Shown: positions 46,081-56,224 of the stretch, one piece after another | Numbering within the stretch: position 1 is the first letter of the stretch | Layout: each line of letters begins with the position of its first letter | Assembly: GCA_040751795.1 (NCBI GenBank) | Contig: JBFMHR010000003.1 | Coordinates: 264,421-328,420, forward strand | Direction: 5' to 3' | DNA: 64,000 nt | Source of the DNA: Thermoplasmatota archaeon | Lineage (GTDB): Archaea; Thermoplasmatota; Thermoplasmata; UBA10834 | Program-made: the position numbers and the translations under genes | Notes under the pieces: model-generated | The model's database searches: none | What the model was told of the DNA's origin: nothing | The model's input: the letters and a program-made list of their open reading frames with translations, nothing else

Positions 46081-47016
46081 ATGATGCGGTTCTACGTTGT
46101 CGAGGCCGGTGAGCTGAAGAGGGTCGAGACCGCGCAGATGCGCGAGGTCCTCTGGATCGACCTCGTGGCGCCGTCCCCGGAGGAGGTCGAGGAGCTCCAC
46201 AGGGAGTTCGGCATCGACCTCCAGGACATCGCGGACTGCCTCGACCCGAACGAGCGCTCCAGGATAGAGGTCGAGGAGAGGTACGATCTCCTCGTCCTGC
46301 GCAGCCTGCTGGCCGACGAGCGCGCCCCGGACAGGATCCAGACGATGCCCATCGGCATCATATCCACGAAGGACCAGATCATCACCGTCCGGATAGGGGC
46401 CTCGTTCCATGCGGAGGACGTCTGCTCCGACATGAAGAGGAGGCCCCGCCTCGAGACGAAGGAGGACCTCTTCCTCGCCCTCGTGAGGCGCGTCCACCGC
46501 GACATGGAGAGGACCGTGAGGCCGATGGAGCGCAGGATAGGCGCCATCCAGGAGACTATCCTCCACGCCAAGAGCGCGGAGGTCGCGCACAGCGCCTTCG
46601 CCCTGAGCAACGGGCTCATCCTCCTCAACACGGCCCTGCTGTCGAACATGAACGCCATCTCCCTGCTCCCCCGCATGAAGCAGCTGCACATGACCAAGGA
46701 GCGGCTCGACCTGGCGGAGGACATCGAGAACGACGTGGCGCAGCTCTACGAGATGACCACGATCTACCGGGAGATCATGTCCAACATCCTGAACGCCTAC
46801 GAGACGGCCGTCTCGAACAACCTGTCGTTCATAATGAAGACCCTCACCACTATCAGCCTGATCCTGATACTGCCCACCCTGGTGGCCAGCCTGTACGGCA
46901 TGAACGTCGACCTCCCGTTCCAGGGGGACCCGAACGCCTTCTGGTTCGTCATCGGCGTCTCAGCGGTCTGCGTCGCGGGGCTCTGGGTGCTCTTCCGCCT
47001 CAAGAGGATCCTCTGA
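46081..47016 (+). CDS. corA: Magnesium transporter CorA
   Basis: C-terminal two TM helices with the YGMNVDLPF (GMN) motif. 311 aa. Confidence 0.85.
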   Translation: MMRFYVVEAGELKRVETAQMREVLWIDLVAPSPEEVEELHREFGIDLQDIADCLDPNERSRIEVEERYDLLVLRSLLADERAPDRIQTMPIGIISTKDQIITVRIGASFHAEDVCSDMKRRPRLETKEDLFLALVRRVHRDMERTVRPMERRIGAIQETILHAKSAEVAHSAFALSNGLILLNTALLSNMNAISLLPRMKQLHMTKERLDLAEDIENDVAQLYEMTTIYREIMSNILNAYETAVSNNLSFIMKTLTTISLILILPTLVASLYGMNVDLPFQGDPNAFWFVIGVSAVCVAGLWVLFRLKRIL

Positions 47017-47125
47017 CCTCGGTCCCCACCGCGGGGACGGCCCCGGCCGGCGGGCCTCCATGGCTTACCCAGGCGGGGGTGCCAGCACATGTATTTAACA
47101 CCGGGATGTCATATCCAGCATCAGA

Positions 47126-47422
47126 GTGGCCATGGTCTCCGCGGTCGACGTGTCGATGGGGCTCCTGTTGGGCGTCTCAGCGTTCCTGCTGGTGCTCTCC
47201 CTCGTGTCGTACAGGAGGAGCGGGATCCGCTCCGTGCTCCTCCTGTCGGAGGGCCTCTCGGTGCACGTAGTGGTCACATCGCTGCTCATCGGGCTAGGAT
47301 ACACCACGGACTGGCTCGATAAGGTCGACGGGACCCTGATGGCCGTGGCCGACGCGGTCATCCTCCTCTCCGTGGTTCTCCTGGGGCACTTCGGAGGTAG
47401 GCCCGGTGCCGGACCCTCTTGA
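47126..47422 (+). CDS. Small membrane protein
   Basis: 98 aa with three hydrophobic segments. Overlaps the start of the downstream regulator. Confidence 0.4.
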   Translation: MAMVSAVDVSMGLLLGVSAFLLVLSLVSYRRSGIRSVLLLSEGLSVHVVVTSLLIGLGYTTDWLDKVDGTLMAVADAVILLSVVLLGHFGGRPGAGPS

Positions 47423-47981
47423 GCTGGCCAGCAGGAAGAAGATATTCGAGTGCGTCAGGGGCAGCCCTGGCATACACTTCAGGGAGATCCAGCGCCGCAC
47501 CAACCTGCCCATCGGGGTCCTGGAGTACCACCTGAACTACCTCGTGGACCACTCGTTGCTGTCGCTGGACAAGCAGGAGAGCTTCTCGAGGTACTTCCCG
47601 AGCGGCCAGGTCAGCGCCGACAAGCAGCGGATACTGTCCGCCCTGAGGCAGGAGATCCCCCGCGGCATCATCCTCTACCTGATGGGCCACCCGGGGGCGA
47701 CGCACGGGGAGGTCCTGAGCAACTTCACCATATCCGGGGGGACCCTCTCGTACCACGTGAAGAAGCTCGTGTCGAGGGGCGTGGTGAAGCTCGACAAGGT
47801 CGGCCGCGAGTCGAGGCTGACCGTGATAGACCCGGACAAGGTGGCGGACCTGCTGATAATCTACAGGCGCACATTCCTGGACAAGCTGGTCGACGACTTC
47901 GTGGCCATGTACGTCGAGAACAAGGGCAGGGCCGTCCCGGCGGAGCAGTCCTCAGAACCAGGCGCCGACAGGACCGGGTGA
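47406..47981 (+). CDS. Tandem winged-helix (ArsR-like) transcriptional regulator
   Basis: Two HTH-like repeats (IHFREIQRRTNLPIGVLEYHLNYL and THGEVLSNFTISGGTLSYHVKKL). GTG start. Confidence 0.55.
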   Translation: MPDPLELASRKKIFECVRGSPGIHFREIQRRTNLPIGVLEYHLNYLVDHSLLSLDKQESFSRYFPSGQVSADKQRILSALRQEIPRGIILYLMGHPGATHGEVLSNFTISGGTLSYHVKKLVSRGVVKLDKVGRESRLTVIDPDKVADLLIIYRRTFLDKLVDDFVAMYVENKGRAVPAEQSSEPGADRTG

Positions 47982-47988
47982 GCCCGGC

Positions 47989-49218
47989 TCACTTGCCCCT
48001 GTAGTACCTGTTCTTCTCGAGCACGACCGTGTCGCTCTGGTCGTCCTTCGAGGCCCTCCTCGCGGCCACCGCGAGGCCGGCCCCGCCGGCCGCGACGAGC
48101 CCGATGAGTATGCCCGCGACCGTCGACATCGCGGAGGTCCCTATGATGTTCCCGTCAGGGAGGTCCACCACGGCCCCGCCGCCAGGGCTGGGGAAGAGCC
48201 CGATGCTGGGGTCGTGCGTTATCTGGAGCGTCGACTCGTCCACTGGGGCCGACAGGTAGACCTTGAGCGCCTCGCCGTCGGTCCTGTAGTAGGTCTTGAG
48301 GTCCTCGAAGGTGTCGCCCGCAACCACCGTGCTGAGGCACTCCGGCGCCCACGAGAAGAAGCTGGTCTCGTTGGTCTCCAGGAAGGCGAACAGCTGCTTG
48401 AACTGGCTCCTGTGCTGGAACGAGTGCATTATCAGGTCGCCGTCGACGGTCGTCTCGTTGACGTCGGGGTCGCTCGTGCTCACTTCGTCGCTCTGGAACC
48501 CCTCGAAGACGTACTGCTCGTCCATCGCCGTGGGGGTGAAGTTGCCGAACTCCATCATCATCAGCCCGATGTCGAGGGCCAGGTGGTCCGCGTCGATGGG
48601 GGTGTTGATGTCGACCGTGATGTCGAACTTCAGCTCCGTGGAGCCGTTGACCGGGTAGAGCCCCTCGTCTATGGCCCCGCCGAACGTCGACGAGAAGTTG
48701 GACGAGGATATGACGAAGTCCACGGTCACCTCGGCCCAGTCCTCGATGATCACGATGCCGGGCGTCCCCGGTTCGGGGTTCCCGTCCTCGAAGGCGATCC
48801 TCTTGTTCATGGACACAGAGGAGTGCATGGAGAAGTAGGCCGTTGATGTCCCGTCCCCTTCGTCCACTATCTCGGGGACGTCTGAGGTCCAGGTGGCGTG
48901 CTCCATGGACGCGTGGTAGGGCACCTCGTCCAGGATCAGCCCGGCCTCCGCGCTCTCGTTGTAGCCGAGTATCGAGGAGAACACGAACCCGTAAGAGCGG
49001 TTGTCGGGCGAATCGTCCTCCATGATCGCGGCAGCGGGGAAGAGCGTGGATATCGCGATGCTCATGTTGTCGGTGGAGAGCACGACGTAGCCCTCCTCGA
49101 CCTCGTAGGAGATGTCCCCGTCCTCGGCGGAGGCGGGAGCCGTGGCTGCGAATTGGAGCAGCAGTGCCAGCGTCAGGGACACTGCTAGGATAGTAAGGGC
49201 CCCCGATCTTTTCCTCAT
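47989..49218 (-). CDS. Secreted/surface glycoprotein with a C-terminal TM anchor
   Basis: Signal peptide (MRKRSGALTILAVSLTLALLL). At least 8 N-x-S/T sequons. C-terminal hydrophobic helix plus a basic tail (AARRASKDD). Confidence 0.6.
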   Translation of the reverse strand: MRKRSGALTILAVSLTLALLLQFAATAPASAEDGDISYEVEEGYVVLSTDNMSIAISTLFPAAAIMEDDSPDNRSYGFVFSSILGYNESAEAGLILDEVPYHASMEHATWTSDVPEIVDEGDGTSTAYFSMHSSVSMNKRIAFEDGNPEPGTPGIVIIEDWAEVTVDFVISSSNFSSTFGGAIDEGLYPVNGSTELKFDITVDINTPIDADHLALDIGLMMMEFGNFTPTAMDEQYVFEGFQSDEVSTSDPDVNETTVDGDLIMHSFQHRSQFKQLFAFLETNETSFFSWAPECLSTVVAGDTFEDLKTYYRTDGEALKVYLSAPVDESTLQITHDPSIGLFPSPGGGAVVDLPDGNIIGTSAMSTVAGILIGLVAAGGAGLAVAARRASKDDQSDTVVLEKNRYYRGK

Positions 49219-49504
49219 CGTGATAGCATCATCATGTTGGCCTTTATTAAGCAATTTGGTACACAGCTCGAAATGCCGAGGCGCCGCGGCGTCCATTCGG
49301 AGAGGGCCCGCACCCCCGCCCTTCGGCCGCCGCCTTCCGGTCGGTAAACGCCGCAAATATAACTGGAGTCCTCAGGGCGTACTGACCTCATCGGTTAACA
49401 ATGTTATACATTGGTGGGGGTTTAACTACGTCCAGGAACGTAGTCGGTCCAGCACCCTTGGCACGGTGCTTGACATAGGAGAGAATAGGGGAGGAACAAG
49501 AGAC

Positions 49505-50326
49505 ATGCACTACAAGAGAGCATCAGCGATGCTCGCGGTCGCCCTGATGGCGTTCGTGCCGTTCGGGATGATCGTGAGCGCAGCGGAGGAACCAGCGACA
49601 CCGATGCCCTTCACCGCACCAGGTGAAGTGACCCCCGGGATCGCCGACCCGAACATGGAGTACGCGGTGTACTTCGCCGACAACATGGCCTTCACCCCGC
49701 AGTGGAGGCTCGGCAACCTCGTGAGGGTCGAGACGATGGTCCTGAAGGCCTTCGAGACGAACGCCGACGGCCTCGTGAACGCCTCGGACATACCCGTTGC
49801 GGTGAACACCAACATCACGTCGGGCGTGGTGTACGACCAGGCCGCCCTCCTTGGGAACCCGGACAACATCCTCTGGACATGGATGGTATCCGTCCCTTCG
49901 ATAACCGTGACCATGACCGGTGAGAAGGGCGACGTGCACACGTTCGCCTCCGACTTCACCGACGGGATATCGGACGCGGACCTCGTGACCAGGGAGACGA
50001 ACAAGGCCGGCCATCTGATCTACGGCTTCCTCTGGGACACCGAGGGCGCCACTGTGCTCGGCGGCGTGTACAGGGTCTCCGTGGACATCGGGAGCGCATA
50101 CCCGGTGACAATGGCCGTCAGGAGCCTGGTCGTCGCGGAGGATGCGGACCCGATAGGGTACGAGGAGCTGCCTGCTGGGACGCTCGACGCGTTCGTATCG
50201 GGCACCGGCGGAGTCGTCGGTGACGATGCGTACATCTACCTCGGCGTCCTGATCGCCAAGGGCGGCAGCTCGGGCGGCGGCGGTGGCAACGGCGGCAGTG
50301 GCGGGGGCCACGGCCGCGGCAGATGA
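49505..50326 (+). CDS. Secreted protein, tandem paralog 1, with a Gly-rich C-terminal tail
   Basis: Signal peptide. YAVYFADNM..PQWRLGNLVR(V/I)ETMVLK and NKAGHLIYGFLWDT are shared with the downstream paralog. Tail GGSSGGGGGNGGSGGGHGRGR. Confidence 0.6.
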   Translation: MHYKRASAMLAVALMAFVPFGMIVSAAEEPATPMPFTAPGEVTPGIADPNMEYAVYFADNMAFTPQWRLGNLVRVETMVLKAFETNADGLVNASDIPVAVNTNITSGVVYDQAALLGNPDNILWTWMVSVPSITVTMTGEKGDVHTFASDFTDGISDADLVTRETNKAGHLIYGFLWDTEGATVLGGVYRVSVDIGSAYPVTMAVRSLVVAEDADPIGYEELPAGTLDAFVSGTGGVVGDDAYIYLGVLIAKGGSSGGGGGNGGSGGGHGRGR

Positions 50327-50532
50327 GGGGACCTCCTCAGACCGCACGAAACCACATCAAACCCGTTCAGCGTTTTCCTTAGTCCTTGCCGTCACTGACA
50401 CCGGGCGCGCGCACGCGACTTAACGCCGATATTTTGAATATTGAACTATCCATATATAAATACCACCGACGACCTACTGCGCGCTGCGCCAGGGGCAACA
50501 CTGGCGCATGACGAACGGGGGAGACATCTGAG

Positions 50533-51450
50533 ATGAAGTACAGTAGGGGAACAGCCATGGCTGTTGTCGCCATCTTGGCGATCATGCCATCGGCTTGGCT
50601 TGTGAGCGCGCATGAGGAGACCAGCCCACTGCCCATAACGCCTGCGGACTCCGCACCTGGCTACGCCGTGTATTTCGCAGACAATATGGTGTACGGCCCG
50701 CAGTGGCGCCTCGGCAACCTCGTGAGGATCGAGACGATGGTGCTGAAGCTTGACGACTACAACAATGACGGGCTCGCGAACGCTCTGGACCTACCGCTGG
50801 AGGTGAATGGGACGGTGGACCCGACAGACGACGTCGTGTACACCCAGACGGCTCTGATCGGGGACCCGTTGCTCCTGCTCGGGACGTACATGGTCTCGGC
50901 GCCGGAGATACTCATAACGATACAGAGCGACGAGCGCGGCCCGTACAGGTTCTATGGCATGTTCGATGACTCCGGCACCTATGTGCCGGTGCTGGACGGG
51001 GAAGGGGCAGGCGCCCTGACCCGGGAGATCAACAAAGCCGGCCACCTGATATACGGCTTCCTCTGGGACACATCCGCCGAGGACGTGACCGTTGGACGCT
51101 ACAGCGTATCGGTCCAGCTGCCTCCAGCATATCCGATATCGATAGCCATAAGGAACTACTACGTGAGCGAGGACATCGACGGCGACGGCGAGCAGGGGGA
51201 GCGTCTGCCTGGCCCACCGACCGAAGAGGTCCCGCCGGACTACTTCCTCGAGCTCGACGCGGTCACGGACCCGGTCCTGACCGGCCAGGGCGGCGTGGAT
51301 GCAGCGGCCAATGCGGCTTTCATCTACCTTGGCGAGATCATCCTCGGAGGCGGGAGCGGCACGGGCGGGGACAACGGCGGGGAGAACGGCAACCCCGACT
51401 CCGGAGGCAATCAGAACGGCCTCCTGGGGAACCGTCACGCGCACAAGTGA
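50533..51450 (+). CDS. Secreted protein, tandem paralog 2
   Basis: Same conserved blocks as 49505..50326. Gly/Asn-rich tail. AT-rich promoter-like sequence upstream. Confidence 0.6.
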   Translation: MKYSRGTAMAVVAILAIMPSAWLVSAHEETSPLPITPADSAPGYAVYFADNMVYGPQWRLGNLVRIETMVLKLDDYNNDGLANALDLPLEVNGTVDPTDDVVYTQTALIGDPLLLLGTYMVSAPEILITIQSDERGPYRFYGMFDDSGTYVPVLDGEGAGALTREINKAGHLIYGFLWDTSAEDVTVGRYSVSVQLPPAYPISIAIRNYYVSEDIDGDGEQGERLPGPPTEEVPPDYFLELDAVTDPVLTGQGGVDAAANAAFIYLGEIILGGGSGTGGDNGGENGNPDSGGNQNGLLGNRHAHK

Positions 51451-51660
51451 GGGCCGATGAGGGCGCGCGGACAGACCGCCGGCACGCCCTCCCTCAAACC
51501 ATTTCCACCCTCTTTTCCTTTTGAATCCTGCGACGTCTGGCTATGATGCAATGAGGATTGTGCTAGCATTTGATTCTTGTACCACAAACCACTTATCAAG
51601 TGCCCCGTGTTGGTCGATTCAGAAACGGCGAGACCGTTTCCGAAGAGAAGGTGAGGTAAG

Positions 51661-51921
51661 ATGATATCGAAGGTATGGATCGCGCTGGCACTCGGCGCCG
51701 CGTTCATGGTCGGCGGAGTGGCCGTCGTATCGGCCGCGGGCAACATGAACGGCGACTGTGACCAGATCCAGGACCAGCTCAAGGACGGCACTGGCGACAA
51801 CTGCCAGGACGAGACCCTAGAGGACGGCACGTGCGACTCGTGCAACGACTACGACTGGGACTTCCTCTACGGCGAGACCGAGCTGGAGCCCCCGTATCAG
51901 TCTGCATGTGGACAGGAATAA
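51661..51921 (+). CDS. Small secreted acidic Cys-rich protein (6 Cys, DG-repeat)
   Basis: Signal peptide followed by about 60 aa. Two D-G-T-(G/C)-D-x-C-x-D-E/Y units. SD-like GAGGTAAG upstream. Confidence 0.5.
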   Translation: MISKVWIALALGAAFMVGGVAVVSAAGNMNGDCDQIQDQLKDGTGDNCQDETLEDGTCDSCNDYDWDFLYGETELEPPYQSACGQE

Positions 51922-52084
51922 CCGCATAGTCATCTGCAAAGGGTCTCCCCTAAGTCTCCTTTGTGTCAAGGGCCGCGGTTTCCTGCCCACACAACCTTTT
52001 TCCCATCCTCCGTCCCGCGACGTGCGGGAACTGGCCCAGGGGCCGGCAGCGGCGCCCTGGGCGGACAATTTTTTATCACCCATC

Positions 52085-53392
52085 ATGCCATACTCCCCGA
52101 CCATGAGGATCGATTCGAGGCTCGTCAAGAGGATCCGCAAAGAATTCCCGGCCGCCGAAGCGGACCCCGCCGGCCGCCCGCGCGCCTTCCTGGACAACGG
52201 TGCTGGCACGCTCGTGACGATGCGCAGCGCGGAGCGCGAGGCCATGGCGAGGATTGACTGGTGTGCGAACGTCGGGAACCTGTTCCCCGAGTCGCTGGGG
52301 GCGGAGGAGACCATCCTCGAGGGCAGGCAGGCGGTGTCAGATCTGCTCGGCGCGAGCGGCCCCGACACCATCCTGTCGGGGGAGTCCGCGACATCGCTCC
52401 TGTTCAACCTCAGCTACGCGATGGGGCGCGAGTTCACAGGCGAGGAGAACGTCGTCACCACTGGCTACGAGCACTACACCAACATCAACCCGTGGGTCGA
52501 GCTGGGCGAGGAGGAGAGGATAATGCAGCTCCGGTTCGCGGAGTTCGACCGCGACACCGGCCGCATAGACCTCGAGACGCTGTCGGACCTGGTCGACGGG
52601 GACACGAAGGTCGTGAGCGTCAGCGCGGCCTCGAACGTCCTCGGGACCAGGACCGACCTGAAGGAGGTCGGGAAGATCGCCAGGGACGCCGGGGCGTACT
52701 TCATCGTGGACGCGGTCCACCACATCGCCCATGGCGCGACCGACGTCAGGGCGATCAAGTGCGACGCACTCGTGTTCTCAGGCTACAAGCTCTTCTCCAG
52801 GCACGGGAGCTTCATGTACCTGAGCCCGGAGCTGATCGAGGGGCTCACCCCGTACAAGGTCCTCCCCTCGCCCAAGCACGGGCCGGAGAAGTGGGAGTGG
52901 GGCACGCGCGACCAGGCGATGTTCGCCGCGGCCGCCGGCGCCATAGACTACGTCGCATGGGTCGGGGATCCCTCCGCGAAGAGGCCCCCGTCCCCCGGCA
53001 AGCAGAGGCGCGCGAGGCTCCTGGAGGCGTTCGAGGCGATCGAGGAGTACGAGAAGACCATCTCGGACCTGGTCCTGAACGGCCGGGGCAAGCTGAGGGG
53101 GCTGCTGGACATCCCTGGCCTGACGCTCTACGGGCCGCCCGACACCAGGGGCAAGATGGGCCGGGACCCGACCTTCTCGTTCAAGGTCGACGGATGGGAC
53201 GACCGGAAGCTGTCGAAGCTGCTGTGGGACAAGTACGCCTTGGCGGTGGGCGCGGAGGACTACTTCTCCCGGGTGCCGGCCCTCTACGAAGCCGAGACGA
53301 TGCTCAGGGCGACCTTCGTCCACTACAACACGGAGCAGGAGGCCATGTCCCTCCTGAGGGCGCTGAACGAGGTGGCCGAGAGGAGGCGCTGA
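52085..53392 (+). CDS. Class-V aminotransferase / cysteine desulfurase-like PLP enzyme
   Basis: Fold-type I signature. Putative PLP-lysine in FSGYKLFSRHGS. Start chosen at ATG 52085 within the longer ORF. Confidence 0.7.
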   Translation: MPYSPTMRIDSRLVKRIRKEFPAAEADPAGRPRAFLDNGAGTLVTMRSAEREAMARIDWCANVGNLFPESLGAEETILEGRQAVSDLLGASGPDTILSGESATSLLFNLSYAMGREFTGEENVVTTGYEHYTNINPWVELGEEERIMQLRFAEFDRDTGRIDLETLSDLVDGDTKVVSVSAASNVLGTRTDLKEVGKIARDAGAYFIVDAVHHIAHGATDVRAIKCDALVFSGYKLFSRHGSFMYLSPELIEGLTPYKVLPSPKHGPEKWEWGTRDQAMFAAAAGAIDYVAWVGDPSAKRPPSPGKQRRARLLEAFEAIEEYEKTISDLVLNGRGKLRGLLDIPGLTLYGPPDTRGKMGRDPTFSFKVDGWDDRKLSKLLWDKYALAVGAEDYFSRVPALYEAETMLRATFVHYNTEQEAMSLLRALNEVAERRR

Positions 53393-53681
53393 GAGCCGCG
53401 TCGGCGGGGAGCTGGATGGTCACTAGCCGGGTCAACGCTATAAAGAGCTGTCGGCATCTGGCTATCCCCGAAACCCTTCTAATTCCGTTCCACCTTTTGA
53501 AACTTGCACCACAATGGGTATAGGTGCCATCGTCCGCTCAGCGTTCGAAGCGCAGTTAGGGCGACAAGGGGACTCCGAGCCTCTAAGGCTCCAGATTCGT
53601 CGTCTCGCGGTTGCGCAGGAAGACCCGGTCGGTCGGCAGGGGTCGCATCCTCGCCGAGGGCCAGGGGAAGAGGTGAAGAAC

Positions 53682-54410
53682 ATGGAGAGGAAGTTCGAGA
53701 GTGAGCTGGCAGGGCAGATCGCCCGGCGCCACAGGAACCCGCTGAAGGGCAGGATGAATGTCCTGCTGGCGGCCTTGGTGTCGTGCGTGGTCATGGTCGC
53801 CGCGGCAGCCGCCGTCCTGTCGATGCAGGCGAGCGCGAGCCTGGGCGGGCCGACGGAATATGTGAGCGTGTTCTCCAACGAGGACTACCTCATCAACCTA
53901 GACGGCACCGTGGCATACAAGGAGTACGCCGACGGCGAGGTGGTCGATGACACGTTCCTCGTGAAGAGGAACTCCGAGCTCAAGTGGACCGAGTTCGACA
54001 CGCCTGGCCTATCGACGGTCGACTACACGAAGGTCGTGTACTCGGTCAACGTGAAGCTGAGGGACATATCCTCGTTCGCCGACGGAGTCGGCGGGATGGT
54101 CGTGGCGGACCTGGCGGTCGCCGGGTTCGTGCAGTACAGCCCGTGGATATCCTCCACGAACGTCTGCGTCAACGGGGTCGAGGTCTCGGCATCGGCGGGC
54201 ATAACGCTGGGCACGCTGCCGTACATGACGACCTCGTTCGACGCGGCGACGGGCACTCTGAGCGCCCAGGTCATCCTCCCGACGGACATCACGTACAACA
54301 ACGACGACGTGGTCTCGATCTTCGTGATGTTCAAGACGGTCGAGGTAGACCTCGTTATCTCGGGCAGCGAGATCGGGTTCCCGGACTACCAGGTCACGAC
54401 CGAGGGTTGA
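53682..54410 (+). CDS. N-terminally membrane-anchored extracellular protein
   Basis: Short basic N-terminus, one TM helix (VLLAALVSCVVMVAAAAAVL), then a beta-rich Thr/Val-rich domain. SD GAGGTGAAG. Confidence 0.55.
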   Translation: MERKFESELAGQIARRHRNPLKGRMNVLLAALVSCVVMVAAAAAVLSMQASASLGGPTEYVSVFSNEDYLINLDGTVAYKEYADGEVVDDTFLVKRNSELKWTEFDTPGLSTVDYTKVVYSVNVKLRDISSFADGVGGMVVADLAVAGFVQYSPWISSTNVCVNGVEVSASAGITLGTLPYMTTSFDAATGTLSAQVILPTDITYNNDDVVSIFVMFKTVEVDLVISGSEIGFPDYQVTTEG

Positions 54411-54576
54411 GACATCCTCCTGAGTGCCGAGGCACTCAAAACCCCAACGGGCCCTGGAGACTGAGCGTCCCCAGGGCCGGCAGATTTTCCGAGTCCCACG
54501 ATGAGCCGGGCTGCGATGCCAGTGGGATTAAAAGTGGGAAGGAGGCCACGGGGCCTCCGTTTGATCGGGTTTGCGC

Positions 54577-56052
54577 CTACTTCTTGTTGTAGTACTTCGA
54601 CCAGTCGCCCGGCTGCGAGCCCTTGCTCCTCTCGTAGGAGCCACGGTCGCCCCTCCCGGGCTTCTTCCCGGAGGATGAGACGGCCGCGATCGCGACGACT
54701 ATCAGCACTATCACGACCGCCCCGACCAGCAGCAGGAACACCGGCAGTTTGGTCGTCGTGTCGGCGTTGACGTCGACGAGCGCCTCGGACGAGTAGACCG
54801 GGTCGTGTATGATGCTGTCCCCGCCGGGGAACACCATCGCGCCGAGCGCCACGAAGCCGGTGAAGACCTGCAGCTCGCCGGCGACCTTCGCCCACGCCAT
54901 CACCCTGTGGCCGGCCATGATCTGCACCTTGACCAGCTCGGGCTCTCCGTCGACGGTGACGCTGTCGACCCACGTCAGCTGCCCTATGTCGGTGAGGTCT
55001 GTCCCGAAGGTCAGCCTGGTCTGCGTGAGCTGCCTCGGCCTGATGAGGTCGCCCGTGGTCTCGTTGACCTCGAGCTCACCCTCGACCGACGCGCAGTTCA
55101 TCACGCCGACCTGGTTGGTGTAGGTCAGCATCTTCATCTCCATCCATGTCGCCATGAGCGGGGAGACGAAGTTGCCCACGAGGCTGTGGAACTCGATCAG
55201 GACGGCCGGGTTCGTGTTGTTGGGGTCGTAGTCCCAGCCCTGGATCTCCTGGTCCCACTTGACGTCGTACTTCATGATCTTGCCCTCGGCCTGGAGGGGC
55301 TCGAGCCTCTCCGCGCTCATGAAGAGCATCTTCCCGAGCGGCCCGCTCGTGACCGTCACCCTCCATTGCGGGAGGGAGACGTTGTCGTACTGGGCGAGGT
55401 CCGCCGTCAGGTGGAAGGTCAGGGTCAGCTCGTTGAGCATGTCGTCGCCGGTGTCCGCCTCGGCGGACTCGTCGACGAGCTCGTAGGGCAGGTCGGTCGC
55501 CGTCAGGCTGAAGTCCCAGGCCCGGCTCTCCTCCGTCCCGGTCTCGATGACCTCGGAGGCGTCCCACGAGGTGTTGAGGTCGACCTTCTTGTAGGCCGTC
55601 TCCTCGTACGCGTAGTCGAGGAACTTGCCGTCCTCGTAGGTCCTGGTGTAGTTCACGAGCCCGTCGTCGTCCGAGTCGTTGAACTCGAGCATCGAGTCGA
55701 GCTTCACTGCGTACATCGTGTACACCTTGACCGTCGCGTTCTCCTCGATCATCTCGCCGTCCATGTTGTACACCTGGGCGAGCCCGAGGTACCGCGCCTT
55801 GATGGTCACGAAGTACACGGCGTTCTCGTTGTCCTCTGTCCCCCAGACGATGCCGAACGCAGCGTCCGTGCCGAACTTGACGAAGAAGTGGTCCCCGCCG
55901 CCGAGCACCTCGGTGGCGCCGTCCTCCGTCTCGATCTGGTCATCCAGGGCGACGACCTCTGCAGCCGCCTGTGCAGGCACTGCGAGCACGCCCATGACCA
56001 TCATGAGCACCGCCGTCACCGCGAATGTCGCGATTGCCTTCATTCCTTTCAT
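54577..56052 (-). CDS. Surface glycoprotein with a signal peptide and a C-terminal TM anchor
   Basis: Signal peptide ...AVPAQAAAE. Multiple N-x-S/T sequons. C-terminal TM plus a basic tail. AAGGAG SD. Confidence 0.65.
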   Translation of the reverse strand: MKGMKAIATFAVTAVLMMVMGVLAVPAQAAAEVVALDDQIETEDGATEVLGGGDHFFVKFGTDAAFGIVWGTEDNENAVYFVTIKARYLGLAQVYNMDGEMIEENATVKVYTMYAVKLDSMLEFNDSDDDGLVNYTRTYEDGKFLDYAYEETAYKKVDLNTSWDASEVIETGTEESRAWDFSLTATDLPYELVDESAEADTGDDMLNELTLTFHLTADLAQYDNVSLPQWRVTVTSGPLGKMLFMSAERLEPLQAEGKIMKYDVKWDQEIQGWDYDPNNTNPAVLIEFHSLVGNFVSPLMATWMEMKMLTYTNQVGVMNCASVEGELEVNETTGDLIRPRQLTQTRLTFGTDLTDIGQLTWVDSVTVDGEPELVKVQIMAGHRVMAWAKVAGELQVFTGFVALGAMVFPGGDSIIHDPVYSSEALVDVNADTTTKLPVFLLLVGAVVIVLIVVAIAAVSSSGKKPGRGDRGSYERSKGSQPGDWSKYYNKK

Positions 56053-56224
56053 CTCCTTACCGCCTCATTGCCGAGGCCTCTCTGGACATGACGAGGCCGT
56101 CCCGGGGTATATGAACCCTGAGCACGGTTTTGCAGCCGATTTGCACCCCCTTCGCACGTCCTCGGACCGCCCGCGAGACCCCTGCGAAAGGGGTATTAGG
56201 GAGCCATCCCGTTCGAGGTCCCGT

